Part shown: positions 62,711 to 64,000 of the stretch, one piece after another
Layout: every line of letters begins with the position of its first letter
How positions within the stretch are numbered: position 1 is the stretch's first letter
DNA from: Spirochaetia bacterium
GTDB lineage: Bacteria > Spirochaetota > Spirochaetia > SZUA-6 > Bin103
NCBI GenBank assembly: GCA_965203055.1
Contig: OZ241863.1
Location: forward strand, 1,952,001 to 2,016,000
Direction: 5' to 3'
Length of the DNA stretch: 64,000 nt
Position numbers and translations under genes: made by a program
The notes under the pieces: generated by a model
Databases searched by the model: none
Seen by the model: the letters and a program-made list of their open reading frames with translations, nothing else
What the model was told of the DNA's origin: nothing

Positions 62711-63510
62711 TGTATCTGCGCCATTTCGCCTTCACCCGCTGGCCCTTCGCCGCCAACCTTGAATCCGACCAACTGTTCGCTTCCGCCTCCCGCCAGGAAG
62801 CCGAGGCCCGCCTGCAGCATCTGCTCCACCTCCGCGGCATCGGCCTGCTCACCGGCGAGGTCGGCTGCGGCAAGACCACCGTCTGCCGCGCCGTGACCGC
62901 CTCCCTCCATCCCGGCCTGTTCCGCGTCCTCTACGTCTCGCTCACCACCGGCAACGTCATGGACATGTACAAGTCGATCGCCTGGGAACTCGGCCTGCCG
63001 GCCGAACGCTCCCGCGCCACCGCCTACCGCGCCATCCGCTCCGAGATCACCCGCCAAGTCCAGGAAGCCCGGCTCCTGCCGGTGCTCGTCGTCGACGAGG
63101 CGCAGTTCCTGCGCACCGAGGTGCTCACCGATCTGCGCCTGTTGACCAACTACACCATGGACTCCGAACACCGCCTGTGCCTGCTGCTGGTCGGCCTCAC
63201 CGAGTTGCGCCGCCGACTCTCGATGGCGGTCCACGAATCGCTCAGCCAGCGCCTGGTCGTGCGCCATCATCTCGGCGGCCTGCAACGCCCCGAACTCGAT
63301 GCCTACCTCGCCCACCGCCTGCGCTTGGCCGGCTGCGAACTGCCGCTGTTCGAGGCGCCCGCCGCAGAGGCCTTGTTCCACGCCTCCCGCGGGCTGCCGC
63401 GGCAGATCAACCGCATCGCCCATTACGCCCTGTCGGCCACCGCCCTCGCCAACTCCCACCGCGTCACTGCCGAGCACCTGCAGCACGCCCTCGACGAACT
63501 GCGCCCCTGA
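62710..63510 (+). CDS. ExeA/TnsC-like AAA ATPase
   Basis: GEVGCGKTT; VVDEAQ; SRGLPRQIN; start overlaps the transposase stop. Confidence 0.9.
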   Translation: MYLRHFAFTRWPFAANLESDQLFASASRQEAEARLQHLLHLRGIGLLTGEVGCGKTTVCRAVTASLHPGLFRVLYVSLTTGNVMDMYKSIAWELGLPAERSRATAYRAIRSEITRQVQEARLLPVLVVDEAQFLRTEVLTDLRLLTNYTMDSEHRLCLLLVGLTELRRRLSMAVHESLSQRLVVRHHLGGLQRPELDAYLAHRLRLAGCELPLFEAPAAEALFHASRGLPRQINRIAHYALSATALANSHRVTAEHLQHALDELRP

Positions 63511-64000
63511 CCGCTGCAACCGGGGACTGCCGCCACCATTTACCCAGACCTGGTCGCACTCCCCGGCGCCCGCGCCCGGACACTGCGCACCGGCGCCAAC
63601 TCCGCACCGTTCGCTACGCCAGCGCCGGCCAGCTCAAACCTGCGTTACCATGCTGCGCGTCTTGATCCTGGCTGGCCACCGGCCCGCCGGTGTCAGCACG
63701 TCACTTCGGTGACCGCGATCACCGCCGGGCTGACCCTCACTGTCCCCATTATTTCACCTGACGGAATTATCCGAGAAATCCCGAGTCTCTCGGCGCGATT
63801 TATTCTGGGATTCCAGCCGCGAGATTATGTGAGATACAACAATGGGTGCGCGCGCTGCGCGACCTCCGGGACGAGTACCAAGCTTCGCTCGACCACCTGC
63901 CCGACCCCCTCCGGGTCCGCGCTCACTGCCAGCGGGAGGCGCTTGCGAATGGCGCCGGCGACCGCCCGCCGGCAGTTGCTCCCGCGCTACCGTCCGCCGC

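Larger units (their letters stand above)
60453..63841 (+). mobile_element. Complete three-gene DDE transposon (Mu/Tn7-like ends), 3389 bp
   Basis: TGTTGGATCCCACAT...ATGTGAGATACAACA imperfect inverted ends; ATGGG duplicated at 60448-60452 and 63842-63846. Confidence 0.9.

Noticed and set aside
62710..63510. Type II secretion ExeA
   Set aside because: Lies inside transposon ends and is coupled to the transposase; no secretion genes nearby.

Overview
High-GC bacterial chromosomal window. The FAxG-type solute-binding-protein N-termini suggest a Spirochaetia-like, possibly host-associated organism (inference only). The backbone is catabolic: two carbohydrate ABC systems, an Opp-type ABC system, a BMP/nucleoside ABC system, a sulfatase, a BNR/sialidase-like protein, three PhyH dioxygenases, oxidoreductases and moeA. 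Scattered through it are defence and mobile DNA: (i) two full copies and one remnant of a ~1.6 kb HNH-nuclease element with conserved structured non-coding ends, a near-consensus leaderless sigma70 promoter and palindromic repeats inside the ORF; (ii) an orphan BREX-2 pglX; (iii) a decayed DISARM class I locus (intact drmD; drmMI with its catalytic core deleted and a small internal inversion), followed by broken NTase and AlbA genes; (iv) an Rpn nuclease with an internal SD+ATG, convergent with an ORF made of three Rpn C-terminal domains; (v) an IS21 element and a complete 3-gene TGT...ACA transposon with a 5-bp target duplication; (vi) a lipoprotein with phage-structural-like GSGY repeats, frameshifted at a G16 tract. 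No rRNA, tRNA or CRISPR array was seen. All family calls come from motif recognition, not database searches.
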